Source: Azolla caroliniana | Taxonomy: Eukaryota > Plantae > Polypodiophyta | DNA length: 64,000 bases | Reading direction: 5' to 3' | Assembly: GCA_043228905.1 (NCBI GenBank) | Contig: JBHGNT010000015.1 | Span: forward strand, 19,220,001 to 19,284,000 | Part shown: positions 46,853-59,100 of the stretch, piece by piece | How positions within the stretch are numbered: position 1 is the stretch's first letter | How the letters are laid out: each line of letters starts with the position of its first letter | Position numbers and translations under genes: made by a program | Notes under the pieces: generated by a model | The model's input: the letters and a program-made list of their open reading frames with translations, nothing else | What the model was told of the DNA's origin: nothing | Databases searched by the model: none

Positions 46853-47279
46853 GACCTGGCCTGGAAAGGGAAGGATTAAGATTTCATAATTTCTAATCTC
46901 TTTTCTATCCATCCACTCTCAGAAAAAAACAATCTGTCTGTCTGCAAGTCAAAATCATGTGGGCTCTTTTTTACTCTTAACATGTCCATATCCATGGCCA
47001 TGGCCTGGCAAGGGAAGGATTAAGATTTCATAATTTCTTATGTCTTTTCTATACATCCACTCTCAGAAAAAAACAATCTGTCTGTCTGCAAGTCAAAATC
47101 ATGTGGGGCTCTTTTTGACTCTCTCAACATGTCCATATCCATGGACCATGGCCTGGCAACTGGCAAGGTAAAAAGAGAAGATTTCATAGTTTCTTTATCT
47201 CTTTTCTATCCATCCACTCTCAGAAAAAAAAAACAATCTGTTTGTCTGCAAGTCAAAGCCATGTGGGCTCTTTTTGACC
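46826..47279 (-). promoter_or_regulatory. Triplicated ~150-bp start/promoter unit of the LysM-RLK with five W-boxes
   Basis: Copies at ~46826-46976, 46981-47123, 47128-47279; TTGAC(C/T) on either strand at 46947, 47091, 47115, 47251, 47274. The repeat is directly visible; the regulatory role is inferred. Confidence 0.7.
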
Positions 47280-47329
47280 CAACAATGGAGAACTCGAGAT
47301 GGGCTATCGCGAGCGAGCGTTATATGCTA

Positions 47330-47745
47330 GCGGAGATCTTCTATGGAAGGGGTTGGATCGGATCGGATCGGCCTGGCCTGGTCTCATGTATTAGTTGTTG
47401 GATGCTTCGCAAAGGTGTTGCAATATTTTCTATGGAGGGATCAGATCGGTCTCCTCATGTAGTAGTTCGTAGGATGATTTGCAAAGATGATGGGAGATCT
47501 TCTATGGAGGGATCGGATCGGTCTCATGTATTAGTTCATACGATGATTTGCAATGGTGTTGGGAGATCTTCTATGGGGGTGATCGGATCGGATCAGTCTC
47601 ATGTATTACCTATACGATGATTTGCAATGGTCCTAGGAGATCTTCTATGGGGGGATCAAATCAGATCAGTCTCATGTATTACTCGTACGATGATTTGCAA
47701 TGGTGCTACGAAATCTTCTGTGCAGGAATCAGATCGGATCGGTCT
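47330..47745. repeat. Minisatellite, ~70-bp unit, about 6 copies
   Basis: Unit 'gagatcttctatggagggatcggatcggtctcatgtattagttcgtacgatgatttgcaatggtg'. Confidence 0.9.
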
Positions 47746-48430
47746 AATAACCATAATTAGGTAAAAGGCTTCTATAAGTGTGCATGATAGGAATGTCATT
47801 CTTGCACGACTTGAGCTTTATTGTCATAATGTTTCAAGTTGCACGAGTGGACATGCGTCGTGTTTCTATACAAGAGTGAAGCTGAGGTTGAGGTTACGTA
47901 TCCAATGAAATCTCGCTAGGTTTGCAACCAATGGAAATGTGGCAATGTTGTGCCAGCTACATAATTCAATGATTTGTTCTCCATGCCCCCTTCGTCTATG
48001 TTCGATCTCAACCCTCATTCTCTCTTGCTTCTTCCTCTTTTTGTAGGCTTATTCTCTCTCTCTCTCTCAACATTTTATATTTGAAAAAACCTATTTCTGA
48101 TTAGAACAACTAATGAGAAGCCTATTTTTTATTAAAAGAAATCCCAAATGAGAAACCCTAATTTCTTATCCAAAACCAAAAACCCTAGTTTTTTATCCAA
48201 AAACACCCACAAAAATGGAAAACATAGTTTCTTATCCAAAAAACCCCGTAAGTGAACAACCTTAATTTCTAATTTCAATTATCATAATTTTAATAAAGCT
48301 CTTCTAGGAATGAAGCTTAACTTGCCTTTTATTCTCATGGCTCTCTTTGGCTAGTTACAAATTCAATATATCCATGGGTAAACACAACCTTAAAGTGTAT
48401 ACCGGAAACATAATGCTTCTGGTTCTTGAG

Positions 48431-48562
48431 TGTATTTGGTAATTAAGTTGATGCATATTAAACTTTTTAGTTTCAAGAACAACTTTGTGTAAAATGTTGC
48501 GGACACAAAGTTGTTCTTGAAACTAAAAAGTTTAATATGCATCAACTTAATTACCAAATACA
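48431..48562. repeat. Perfect inverted repeat, 60-bp arms, 12-nt loop
   Basis: 48431-48490 is the exact reverse complement of 48503-48562. Confidence 0.95.
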
Positions 48563-50768
48563 TTTTAGATGGATTGCAAAAGGGGAAGGCATTAGATATC
48601 TAGGAATGTGGATTGGTGTAGATATTGACAAAAGAATTCAATTGCAACAAATTCAAAGTAAAATTTGCAACAAAATCCATATCTAGTCAGGGATGAATTT
48701 ATCATTAGTTGGCAGGATCATAGTAGCTAACCATGTGCTCTTGTCTACTATGTGGCATGCGGTCTCAGTGTGGATGTTTGACAAACATGCTATTCGTATT
48801 GTTAAAGCGTGTATTAGGGGCTTTCTATGGGTGGGGAATAGGAAAGACAACGCGGCAGCCTAAAGTATCATGGTCTACGTTGATTCTTCCCAAAAGTAAG
48901 GGGGGTCTAGGATTGATAAACTCTGGAGTACAAAGTCAATCATTGCTATGTAAGGTATTGGTAAGGAGCTTGCTGCCCGGAAATGAGTTATGGAAAACAT
49001 TGATTTTTAATAGGAGCATTCTTTGGAGTCCACGACTTGGTGGACAGTGGAAGCCACATAAATCATGGCTCTTTTGTATGGACTTAAAGCTTAGGAAATC
49101 TAATTGATTGGCTGATCGCACATGTATGTCAATGATGAAGGCGTGGGATATGCTCCGTGGGCATCTTAGGCGTATAGGTCCAAGTACTAATGCTGAATGG
49201 ATGCACCAACCCCTCTTGTGGAACAAGACCTTAAAGTCGACCGAGGGGAAGATGCTTGGCCAGCACAAGGGTATGTCGTGGGCTATATTGCATGGTATTG
49301 GCATTCAGTCAATGGCAAATTGGATACAGTTGTCCCCTAGTAATCAGGATAAATTATATGAAGATGCGAGAAAGTTCAGAAATGGTAGGAAGATGCTTGA
49401 TCTAGTCGATAAAGTTGTTTGCTCTATTCCTATTAGTAATGGGGACGAGGGTGAATGGTTTGGACAATGTGATGATGCCGGAAAAGTTATCAATGCCAAG
49501 GGTATAGGAAAGAATGGGAAGATCATCCAGTTGGGATTTGTAGTTGCAGGTGCTCGTTGGTCCCCGATTAGAATTGTGGCACGAGATGGTAAGAAATGGA
49601 AGGTGAATCCATCAGTCGCTGAGGTTGAGGAGGATTGGATCTGGTATGTAGTTGAAGGCAAGCCACTTGAGTGTTTAGAATGGGATCCTGTAGAATATGT
49701 GCGGAGGGACAAAGAAGGTAAATCACATGGTTTCTTTGACTTCTCAACTCGCTTGGGTAGGCATTTATGCTTGCATCGTGAGAAGTGTGCCAACAAATGG
49801 ACCCATGTAGCTGTTGATTCGGTCTTTGTAGATAAAACCAGGAGCATGATATGGAACTCTTCCCTCCCCGAGAGGGTCAAGGTGTTTTTTTGGCTAATCA
49901 CCCATCGGGCTGTTCCAACCGGAGAGTGGTTGGGGAAAAGGGGTGGCATGAGTAACTGCAAGGCCTGTGGAGCGAGTTTGGAGGACATTGCACATTGTTT
50001 ATGGAGCTGCCCGCGAGCCCAAGAAGTTTGGAAGAGGAGCTTAAGAATTCTGGCTCGATGCGGGGTTGAAGTTCAAGTATCAAGTGCAGCCGTTGTTTGG
50101 TTAGCTACTGACTTAGCTGCATGGTTTCATGGGTGGAATGGAAATAACCCTACTTTAAAGGTGGCGAATGGTACAGTTCAGGCTGCAGCTCAAGGAGATT
50201 CATTCTTCATACAGGACTGATACATAGATGTTTGGATTTTAGTGGTTGGCCTTACTGTTTGGCAAGTATGGGTATCAAGGTGTAAGGAGTCTTTTACCGG
50301 GAAGCGAACCCCATCGGCTGAGAGTTTAATGATGATTTGGTTTAATCTGATTTCTACGCTACGAGGTAAGTTTGATAGCCTTCAAGGACCCTCTGATGCG
50401 AGTGAAGAAGCTAGGTACCACTTCCTTCTAAAATGGAGAGGTTCCCCGATGTTACAGATGGTGGATGGCAATGCAAAGTGGATATATCAGCCTCCCCGAT
50501 GGTTGTTCCCTCCTAGGGTACCAAACATAGAGGTAGGTGCTGAATTGTGAAGTGATTGGCGGGTGTCTTTGCTGAATGTGGGTGTGTGAGGCTCATGTTG
50601 ATGGGCGTCTGTCGAGTAATTATGTGATGAGGCTTAGTTGCTTCATTTATACATGATGTTTTGTTGTAGCCATTGCAAAGTGGCTTGTAACATATGAGTT
50701 GTATATTATTCCATGTACTTTTTCTTAACTAATGGAAGTAGAAATTTTTTGTGGGAAAGAAAAAAAAA
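48563..50768 (+). mobile_element. 5'-truncated L1-clade LINE
   Basis: RYLG, LSLVGRIIVANH, KVSWSTLILPKSKGGLG, zf-RVT (CKACGASLEDIAHCLWSC), A-rich tail; TSD aactttgtgt (48481-48490 / 50767-50776). Confidence 0.9.
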
Positions 50769-52255
50769 CTTTGTGTCCACATGTTGTATTTTTGTAACAA
50801 CAATAGAAAAATAAAAAACCACAGTTGATGTTAATAGAAAAAGGTCAATTATGGTTGCCAACCTTACAAGTGCTTACCAAATGAAATTGCATTATTAAGT
50901 TAGATCATTATTTGCAAATGATTTGTTATATGTGTAGCAACATCACCATAACTACAATTTTTGACCATTCTATTAAAACTAGATAATCCCATGAAAATAT
51001 GTGGCAATGCAAGATGCTACCAATAAAAAATAGATTGGCCTTTTGTTGTTCAATGTAGACAACCCCTTTGTTGATCACCTCACTGAAACAATCCACTCTT
51101 CACAAATTGTTTGTTCTTAGGAAACCTCTCAAAAACTTGGCTATGAGGACCATTGTGTTCCTCTTATTTTAGTGTAAATGTTGCACAAATAGATATATCC
51201 ATATGTGATCTCAAGTTCTTTGTTTTCAGAAAATCATTGAAACATGTGTGGTCAAAGTTCCAAGAACTCCTGATCCTAAATGTCCCCCAAGACAAGAAGT
51301 ATGTTCACATTTAGGGTGACAAACTAAGTTTTCTAGGAGCAGCATTATGCGGCAAAGTTATGCTATCATAATTTCAACATGAGTTATGTTTGTACTTCAT
51401 TCAACAAGGCTAATTTTAATGACCCATGTTTTTAGAATATGTTAATCTTTATATGAAAGGTGGAAATTTTATTTTTGCTATCATCAACCATTGATTACCA
51501 TATATACTAATTAGCTTCATGGATACTTTGCATTTGTCCCTTGTAGTTGGTCATGACCAATGTGTGTAAAATGCAATTTTATATCTTCTCAAGGTACAAA
51601 TACACATGTTATCATGTTATTTGCTTGGGCTAATCTTACAATGTGTGTAAAAATGCAATTTTATATACACATGTTACCATCTTACTAGGTCATTAATTTT
51701 TCACTTTTCCAACACGCACAAACTTTCAAGTGTCTCATGTGTTTGTATTCTCAATTCATTTAGGAATCATCATTCACATCATAAGGCCACCAAGGACTTG
51801 CTTAATTCTTACACATCCTTATGGTTTCTGAATCACATTGATGAGTTGATTGTTCCTTTGATGTCATTAAAAGGTTCTAGTCCAATTCCGTGATGCATAG
51901 AGGATTGCAAGCACTCTTGAGCACATAATTGTATCAAACCATCTCTTGCACAATGATTCCTATCTTACATAGATTCACTTACATCTAATTGATCATTGTA
52001 CCAATAAAGCAGAGCCAAAATCCACAATATGCCTGGACCTCTCTTTTACATTCCACATTATTCCCTTTACATTGTATTTGTAAATACATCACTTCACATG
52101 AGTTAAAATACAAATATACATTACACATAAAGAATTTGAACCTAGGTTAAGAACTCATGCACATAATGAGTTAAAATACAAATATATATTGCACATAAAG
52201 AATTTGAACCTAGGCTAAGAACTCATGCACATCAGTGTTGTCTCGTATCTCCATG

Positions 52256-52378
52256 TCAATTGTGAGATGATGTATCATATGTACCATGCGATAACATGAT
52301 AAGCTCCATGACAATATCTCTCATTTGTGGTCTCATATCGGGGTTGGCATCCGTGCATCTTTTTGCCAGTTGAGCCAC
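52256..52378 (-). CDS. Terminal exon of a second, tandem LysM-RLK paralog (remaining exons not in window)
   Basis: ag|[40 protein letters not shown]; same 123-nt length as, and highly similar to, exon 33074-32952 ([32 protein letters not shown]); downstream flanks are also homologous. Confidence 0.8.
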   Translation of the reverse strand: MAQLAKRCTDANPDMRPQMRDIVMELIMLSHGTYDTSSHN

Positions 52379-53181
52379 CTATTGTCACAAGATTATTACA
52401 AAAGAAGAAGGGATACAAGAAAATATGATTTGAGCAAATTTAAACTACAATGCTATTTACACCTTACCAATAACCTCATAGCATTGAAATCAAACACTAT
52501 CTATCATGAACTATAAAACTCAAAACAGGCATTGACCCTGAATGGTTGACAAGCATTACATGCGTTTTTATATACTTTCTAGATTGACTATTGGAATCAC
52601 ACCACTCCAAAGAATGAGATCACACAAAGTGGCACATCTGTACGTAGATTTTGGAATGTCCTAGAACCTTCTGGAAACAACTACATACATGAAGATGTAA
52701 GTAAATGTCTCAAGACGTATCTCACTTGGCAATGGCAAAGGTGTTGTGTGTCTTGCAATTAGGAAGTTTTGTGCAACTACCTGTGCTGTCTCCGTGTGAC
52801 GACCATCTGTCTACAGACAAATATAACAATACATGTATGATCATCATGCCATTCGCCGATGACAATGTTGACATGATGTCAAGCGCGGACCTAGAGTACG
52901 CAGGCAATGCTTTTGGAGATGGTTGTGATAAAAGTTTGCAACTTTATCAGGAGCATCAGTAACGTTCTTTGAAGGCTCCCATGTATGGTGTCAAGGAGAA
53001 ATGGTTTTTGGCCTAGAAGCACGAACTTAATTAAATTGTAAGCAAATTTTGCCAACGGTAGCCAATCAACCTAGATATTTTGCGGATAATTGAAGATGCA
53101 TCACAAATACCACTCAAGAATCGAATAAAGCACTCTACTTGCCCATTGATTCCTGGGTGATGTCCAAAAGATAACAAACAA

Positions 53182-56100
53182 TGTTGGAGAGTGGCAGCTC
53201 CAGACCTGCACTCTCTTGCATCTTTATTATCTTTCTTTTACATTATCTCTCTTCCTAGATTCTTCTCTCTCTAGAATTTGCAACTCTTTAAATGCCTTCT
53301 CTCTTTTCAACTTTTCCAAGATATTCCCTCTTATTCCTAGATTATTGTACCTATTTGGTAGTACAACAGTCACTTCACTACCAAACAACCATTTCACTCA
53401 CGTTCCCCAATTTTGTGTAAATAGGCTATACCAGCCTCTTTTGTAAAGACTTTATTTTTTGCTGTTACTTGCAAACAAGCTCTACTCTTTGGTTGTGTCT
53501 CTACTATTTGCAACCCTTTTTTGCTATTGCTTTTCTAACAAACTTCTCACAGCTTCATTGTGTCTATTTTGTTCTAACAGCTGTTCCACTGCTACTACTA
53601 ACAACTTTTCTCATATGGTATCAGAGCAGTGAGGTCTCCATATCCTCAGCCTGAATTTTTTTTTTGCCAAAGAGCACACAAACCTATCTTCTTTTATCCC
53701 TCCCTCCCAACTCTATAGAGGAGGTTCTCTTAGCAGCCACCCTCCCAACCTATAGAGGAGGTTCTTTTTTCTTTTCCCCTCATCTGAGCCTTGCTTAGCA
53801 TCTAGGGAGTAGAAAGACCTTGAGCATCTACTTATAGCTGCTGCAAATTGTCCAATTGTAACTCAAGAGGATATCCATGGCCTCACATGCCACCATTGTT
53901 TCATCAACCATTCCCCAACTCCCCAAAGAGTACATCTTGAATGGGAACAATTACTTGGATTGGGAACCGTAAATAAAGACCTTGCTACAGTACCATCGTC
54001 TATGGAATGTAGTCAATGGTAGTGACAAGAAACCACTGGTAACTTCACCCTCTTCTACCAAATCAGTTGTTGGCTCATCTAACGCTAAGATTGAAGCTTG
54101 GATAGATAAGGATTCTCGTGCTCATGCTTTCCTCATGTTTAATATTAAACCGAGCATCGCTCGTGAATTTCAAGATACAGATGAAGAGACAGCCAATGAA
54201 CTATGGGCAGCCATCAAAAAGTGGTATCATCGAGCTAATCATGCTCAAATGATAGCTATTGAGAACCAACTAGCAAATCTCAAGATTCATGACACTCCCA
54301 ACATCATGGACAGGGCAACAAGATTCATGGCATGCTACAAGACAGGGTAACAAGGAAGAAAAGTGCTCAAACATCCAATGAGACACTTCTACATGCGAAA
54401 AGTAAAGGCAAGTGGAAGCAAAATGGCAACTCCTACAACAAACCCAATCCAAGACCACCAAACAACCCAGCCTACAAGGAGCTCACCTATCATTATTGTG
54501 GCTACAAAGGTCACATTCAGCCCGACTGTCAGAAAAAGAAAAGGGACAATGCCAAGAAATCTTCTTCTACCGAAAGTCAACCTACACCAAAATCAAACTC
54601 AGTCCACTCAGCCAAAGAAACAGTTTTCCTTGGCATTGAGGAACATTCTTCACATTTGGCTGGAACAACTACCTCAACCATTGATGAGTGGTGTTAGTAG
54701 ACAATGGTGCCACTGCACATATAACTTATGACAAATCCATTTTGCATGATGTGAAGCCTAGCTCCTCCCAAATCTCCATAGGAGATGCCTCAAGCATTGA
54801 GGCTTCATGTGTGGGTAATGTGTTTCTTAACACTTCTTCAAATGACGAACCTGCCATTCTTCAAGATGTGCTACATGTGCCTTGCATATCTGCCAACCTA
54901 CTTTCGGTCTACCGAATCACCAAGTAAGGTTATGAAGTCTACTTTGATAGCTCAGTTTTGGAAGTCATTGACACCAACAACCTACAAATTGTAGCTAGTG
55001 GCACACAAGAAGGGGGTTTATATCGCCTAAAAAGTTCCCATAGCCCCTTGGAAAATTCCAAATCTCATCTTCTTCATCTTCTTCAAGGCTCTCATGCCTT
55101 GGTGACACAAGAAGATCCCACGTTGTGGCATGCTAGGTTCGGTCACCTCAACTACGATTCTCTACAAAAGCTCTTCTCCTCACAGCTAGTTGAGGGTCCG
55201 CCTATTTTCAAAACTCCCAATACCCATGTGTTGCTTGTCTTCATGGCAGGCAACATCGAGAGCCTTTCCCTCATGAAGCCACTCACCGTGCAACATCTAT
55301 CTTGGAGTTAGTGCATATGGATCTTTGTGGTCCCATGAAAGCCACTACTCTTGGTGGTGTACGCTACTTCATGCTTATAATTGATGATTTCTCCCGCAAG
55401 ATTTGGGTTTATTTTCTTGTAGAGAAATCTCAAGCCTTCACCAAATTTCAAGAATGGGTACCTCTTGTTGAGAACGAGACACCAAAGAAAGTTCGAAAGA
55501 TCAGGTCCGACAATGATGGAGAGTTTATCTCCCATTTCTGCTCTCGACGAGGCATTGCTTGCCAATTTTCGACACCCAATACTCCTCAACAAAATGGAGT
55601 TGCGGAAAGGAAGAACCGGACAGTCCACGAGATGGCTCGTACAATGCTATCTCAATCTGATCTTCCTCTCTCATTTTGGGGTGAAGTTGTCAACACAACA
55701 GTCTACATCATCAATTGTTGCCCAACAAAAGCAGTTGCTGCAATGACCCCTGTAGAAGCATTTACAGGTGTAAAACCCTCAGTATCTCATTTTAAAGTGT
55801 TTGGTTGTGATGCATATGTTCACATTTCAGACCATAAAATGACTAATTTTGAGTCCAAAACCAAACAATCTAAAGCCTACAGGTTATGGGATTTAGAATC
55901 AAAGTCCCTAGTCATCTCTAGGGATGTTCATTTTGTGGAGTCTAAGCCGGATGACTTTAGGATTTCACCTGAGTTCACGGTTGAAATCCCAACTCCTCCA
56001 GAATCTCCTATTCTAGACGAAGATGTCTCACCTTCAAGCCCCCCATCTCCTCCTACTCAAACTCTAACTTCGCCAAGAATCTCCCTCAACTCGTTTCCCC

Positions 56101-59100
56101 TCCCTCTATACACTTGCTTCCACTGTGATTCTCATCTCTCCAATGCTGAACTTCATGAGTATACATCTGGTTCTTCGACCAACATGAAATGAACACATAG
56201 GTCACAACAGCCTCTTTATTCATGTAACTTTGCCTTACTGGGCAATGTTGTGCAATCACAAGAACCCACAACAGCAAAAGAGGCCCTTGTTCTTCCAAAG
56301 TGGAAAGCAACAATGGAAGTTGAACTTGATACTATTGAGTGGAATCATACATGGGAGCTGGTCCCATGGCCTCAACGTCGACAAGTCATTGGACTGAAAT
56401 GGATTTCCAAGACCAAGTACCATGCTGATAGTACTTTGGATAAGCACAAGGCACTTTTAGTTGCAAAAGGCTACTCACAAGTCGATGGAGTGGATTATGG
56501 GAAACTTTTGCTCCAACAGCAAGGTACACCTCTATTTGATGTGCGCTTGCACTTGCTGCTCACAACAAATGGCCCATCTTTCAAATGGATGTGAAGTCAG
56601 CCTTCCTTAATGGTGACTTGAAAGAGGAGGTTTATGTTAAACAGCCTCCAAGTTTTGAGATTTAAGAGCAAAACAACATGGTTTACAGGTTACACAAAGC
56701 CTTGTATGGCTTAAAGTAAGCTTCCAAAGCTTGGCATGACAAAATTGATACCTTCTTTCTCTCTTGGGTTTCAGAACTGTTATGTTGACATCAATCTCTA
56801 TGTTTTTTCCCAAGATAATTTGCTATGCTTGATCATATTATATGTTGATGACCTTCTAATTACAGAGTCCCTTGCTTTTAAAATTGAGGAGCTCCGCGCT
56901 GACCTCAAAACATCAAAACAACCTTCGAAATGACTGATCTAGGACATCTCCATTATTTCATAGGTATGGAGGTCTATCAATCACATGGTGGTATCTTCCT
57001 CAGCCAACATAGGTATCTCAGGCAACTCTTTGAGACCTATAGCATGTCAAATTGCAGGCCACTCTCCTGTCCAATGGATCCAAACTCAAAGCTATCTCGT
57101 AAAGACAATTCTCCCATATTTGAAGATATCACGAAATATAGAAGGTTAATTGGGTCCCTTCTTCACGTAACTTACACCAGGACTAATTTGTCCTATAGCG
57201 TGAGTATTCTCAGCCAATTTTCAAGTGCTCCAAGACAAAGTCATTGGCAAGCAGCTATTCGAGTTCTTCGGTATTTGGCCAACAACCTCAACTATGGTTT
57301 GTCTTTTAGAGGCGACATTGAGCTTGTTGGCTACTCAGATGCTGATTGGGCAGGTGATATTGATTCTAGAAGGTCCACATCTGGCTATCGTTTTATGTTA
57401 GGTTCAGGCTTGATTTCTTGGAAATCAAAGAAGCAAAACTTAGTTTCTACTTCATCAACGGAAGCTGAATATCGAGCCTACTTGGATACTTGCTATGAGT
57501 TGCTACAGTTAATGCAATTGTTTTGGCACATTGGTGTTTTGCAAGACTCTCCAATTGCAGTTTTCACTGACAGCCAAAGTGCCTGTGCCTTGGCACATAG
57601 CTCAGCATTTCATGGGAGAACTAAACATATTGAAGTGCACTACCATTTTGTTCGTGAATTAGTGAAATCCCAAGTCATCAATTTGGCATATTGTCCTACT
57701 CAAGAAAATGTAGCTGATTTGTTTACAAAGCCACTTCCAAGGCAAGCCATTGATCAACTCCTCGGTTGACTCAATGTTGGACTGTTATTCTAGAGCTGAG
57801 AGGAGGTGTTAGAGGGTGGCAGCTCCAGACCTGCACTCTCTTGCATCTTTATTATCTTTCTTTTACATTATCTCTCTTGCATCTTTATTATCTTTCTTTT
57901 ACATTATCTCTCTTGCATCTTTACATTATCTCTCTTTTACATTATCTTTATTATCTTTCTTTTATATGAAAAAATGGGTGAAAGATGGGTGAAAGACGCC
58001 GAAACCCACAAGAAAAAATATAGAGAGGAAAAAGACGCCCTCAAGGCCGAAATAGAAAAACACCAACCTTAAAAAACAACTTAATGACATCGAGGTATCT
58101 CGAGAGGACGGTGAAATATCCTCCATAGAGGATATAAAGGACGAGATTAAAAAAGTTAAAGAGAAAGTTAAAAATAACATAGAGTTAGATGGGTAGACGT
58201 GGTTAAAAGAAACATTAAAAAAGAAATAAAAGATGAAAATATTGGTAATACCACCCTTGAAGAAGAGAAAATGCGTCAGGCTCGACGCTTAAATGTAGGT
58301 GTCACTGGGCTCAAGGAAGGTGCATCCCCAGATGAGGATGCACAAACACTTGGGAAAATGTTAGGGTACACAGAGGCCCTACCTATCACCAAAGCATGGA
58401 GGGCCGGACGTGACACAACTAGGAAGAGAGCCTTAGTCCTTCAATTTAAAGACTTAGACTCTAGAATCACCTTCTTTAAGAAGAGACCAATTCTTCGAGG
58501 ATTGGGTGGGGACCCTATCTATCTCGATGAAGACCTCACTAAGATGCAAATTGAGCATCGCAAGAGTTGTATGCCACGAGTTATGCAAGCTCGTAAAGAA
58601 GGGCATCATGCCTTTTACCGAGACGGGCGAGTGATCATAAATGATCGCACTACTAATTGACACTGTGTGGCCCATGTGACAGAAAATGCACTTAGGATGA
58701 CCTTATGGAATTGTAACGGTGCACTCTGGACACACCCCGGCCACCTAGAGGAGATATTAAAGGTATCAAATATACTTTTCTTGGTAGAAACACACCAAAG
58801 CCCAAATAGAGGACTCCCACGGGTCGAAGGATTCCGTTGGGAGTCCGCTTTTAGACAAACCTCACGTCGACACACTACCATGGGATCTGGAGGTGTCGCG
58901 ATATTGTTTCGTAGAGAGCTACATAATAGGATAGAAATACTGAGGACAGACCCAAAAGCTCGTTTTATGTGGGTGAAAGTCTCCACAAGCAAGGACCAGG
59001 CAGTATTTCTCACCATTTGTTACTTTTCCCCCAAAAGGATCCCGTTATAATATTGCTGGCTCGGCGAGATTAGTCGATGAAGGAATGCCACATGGACCTT

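Noticed and set aside
47129-47620. 163-aa ORF
   Set aside because: Runs through the promoter triplication and minisatellite; no recognisable domain.
47330-47745. Regular repeats as a CRISPR-like array
   Set aside because: Eukaryotic context, no unique spacers, degenerate tandem units.
48431-48562. Hairpin as a conserved miRNA gene or MITE
   Set aside because: No recognisable mature miRNA and no TA/TAA TSD; better explained as an L1 junction product.
52098-52232. ~70-bp tandem duplication in the paralog 3'UTR
   Set aside because: Ordinary local duplication with no evident function.
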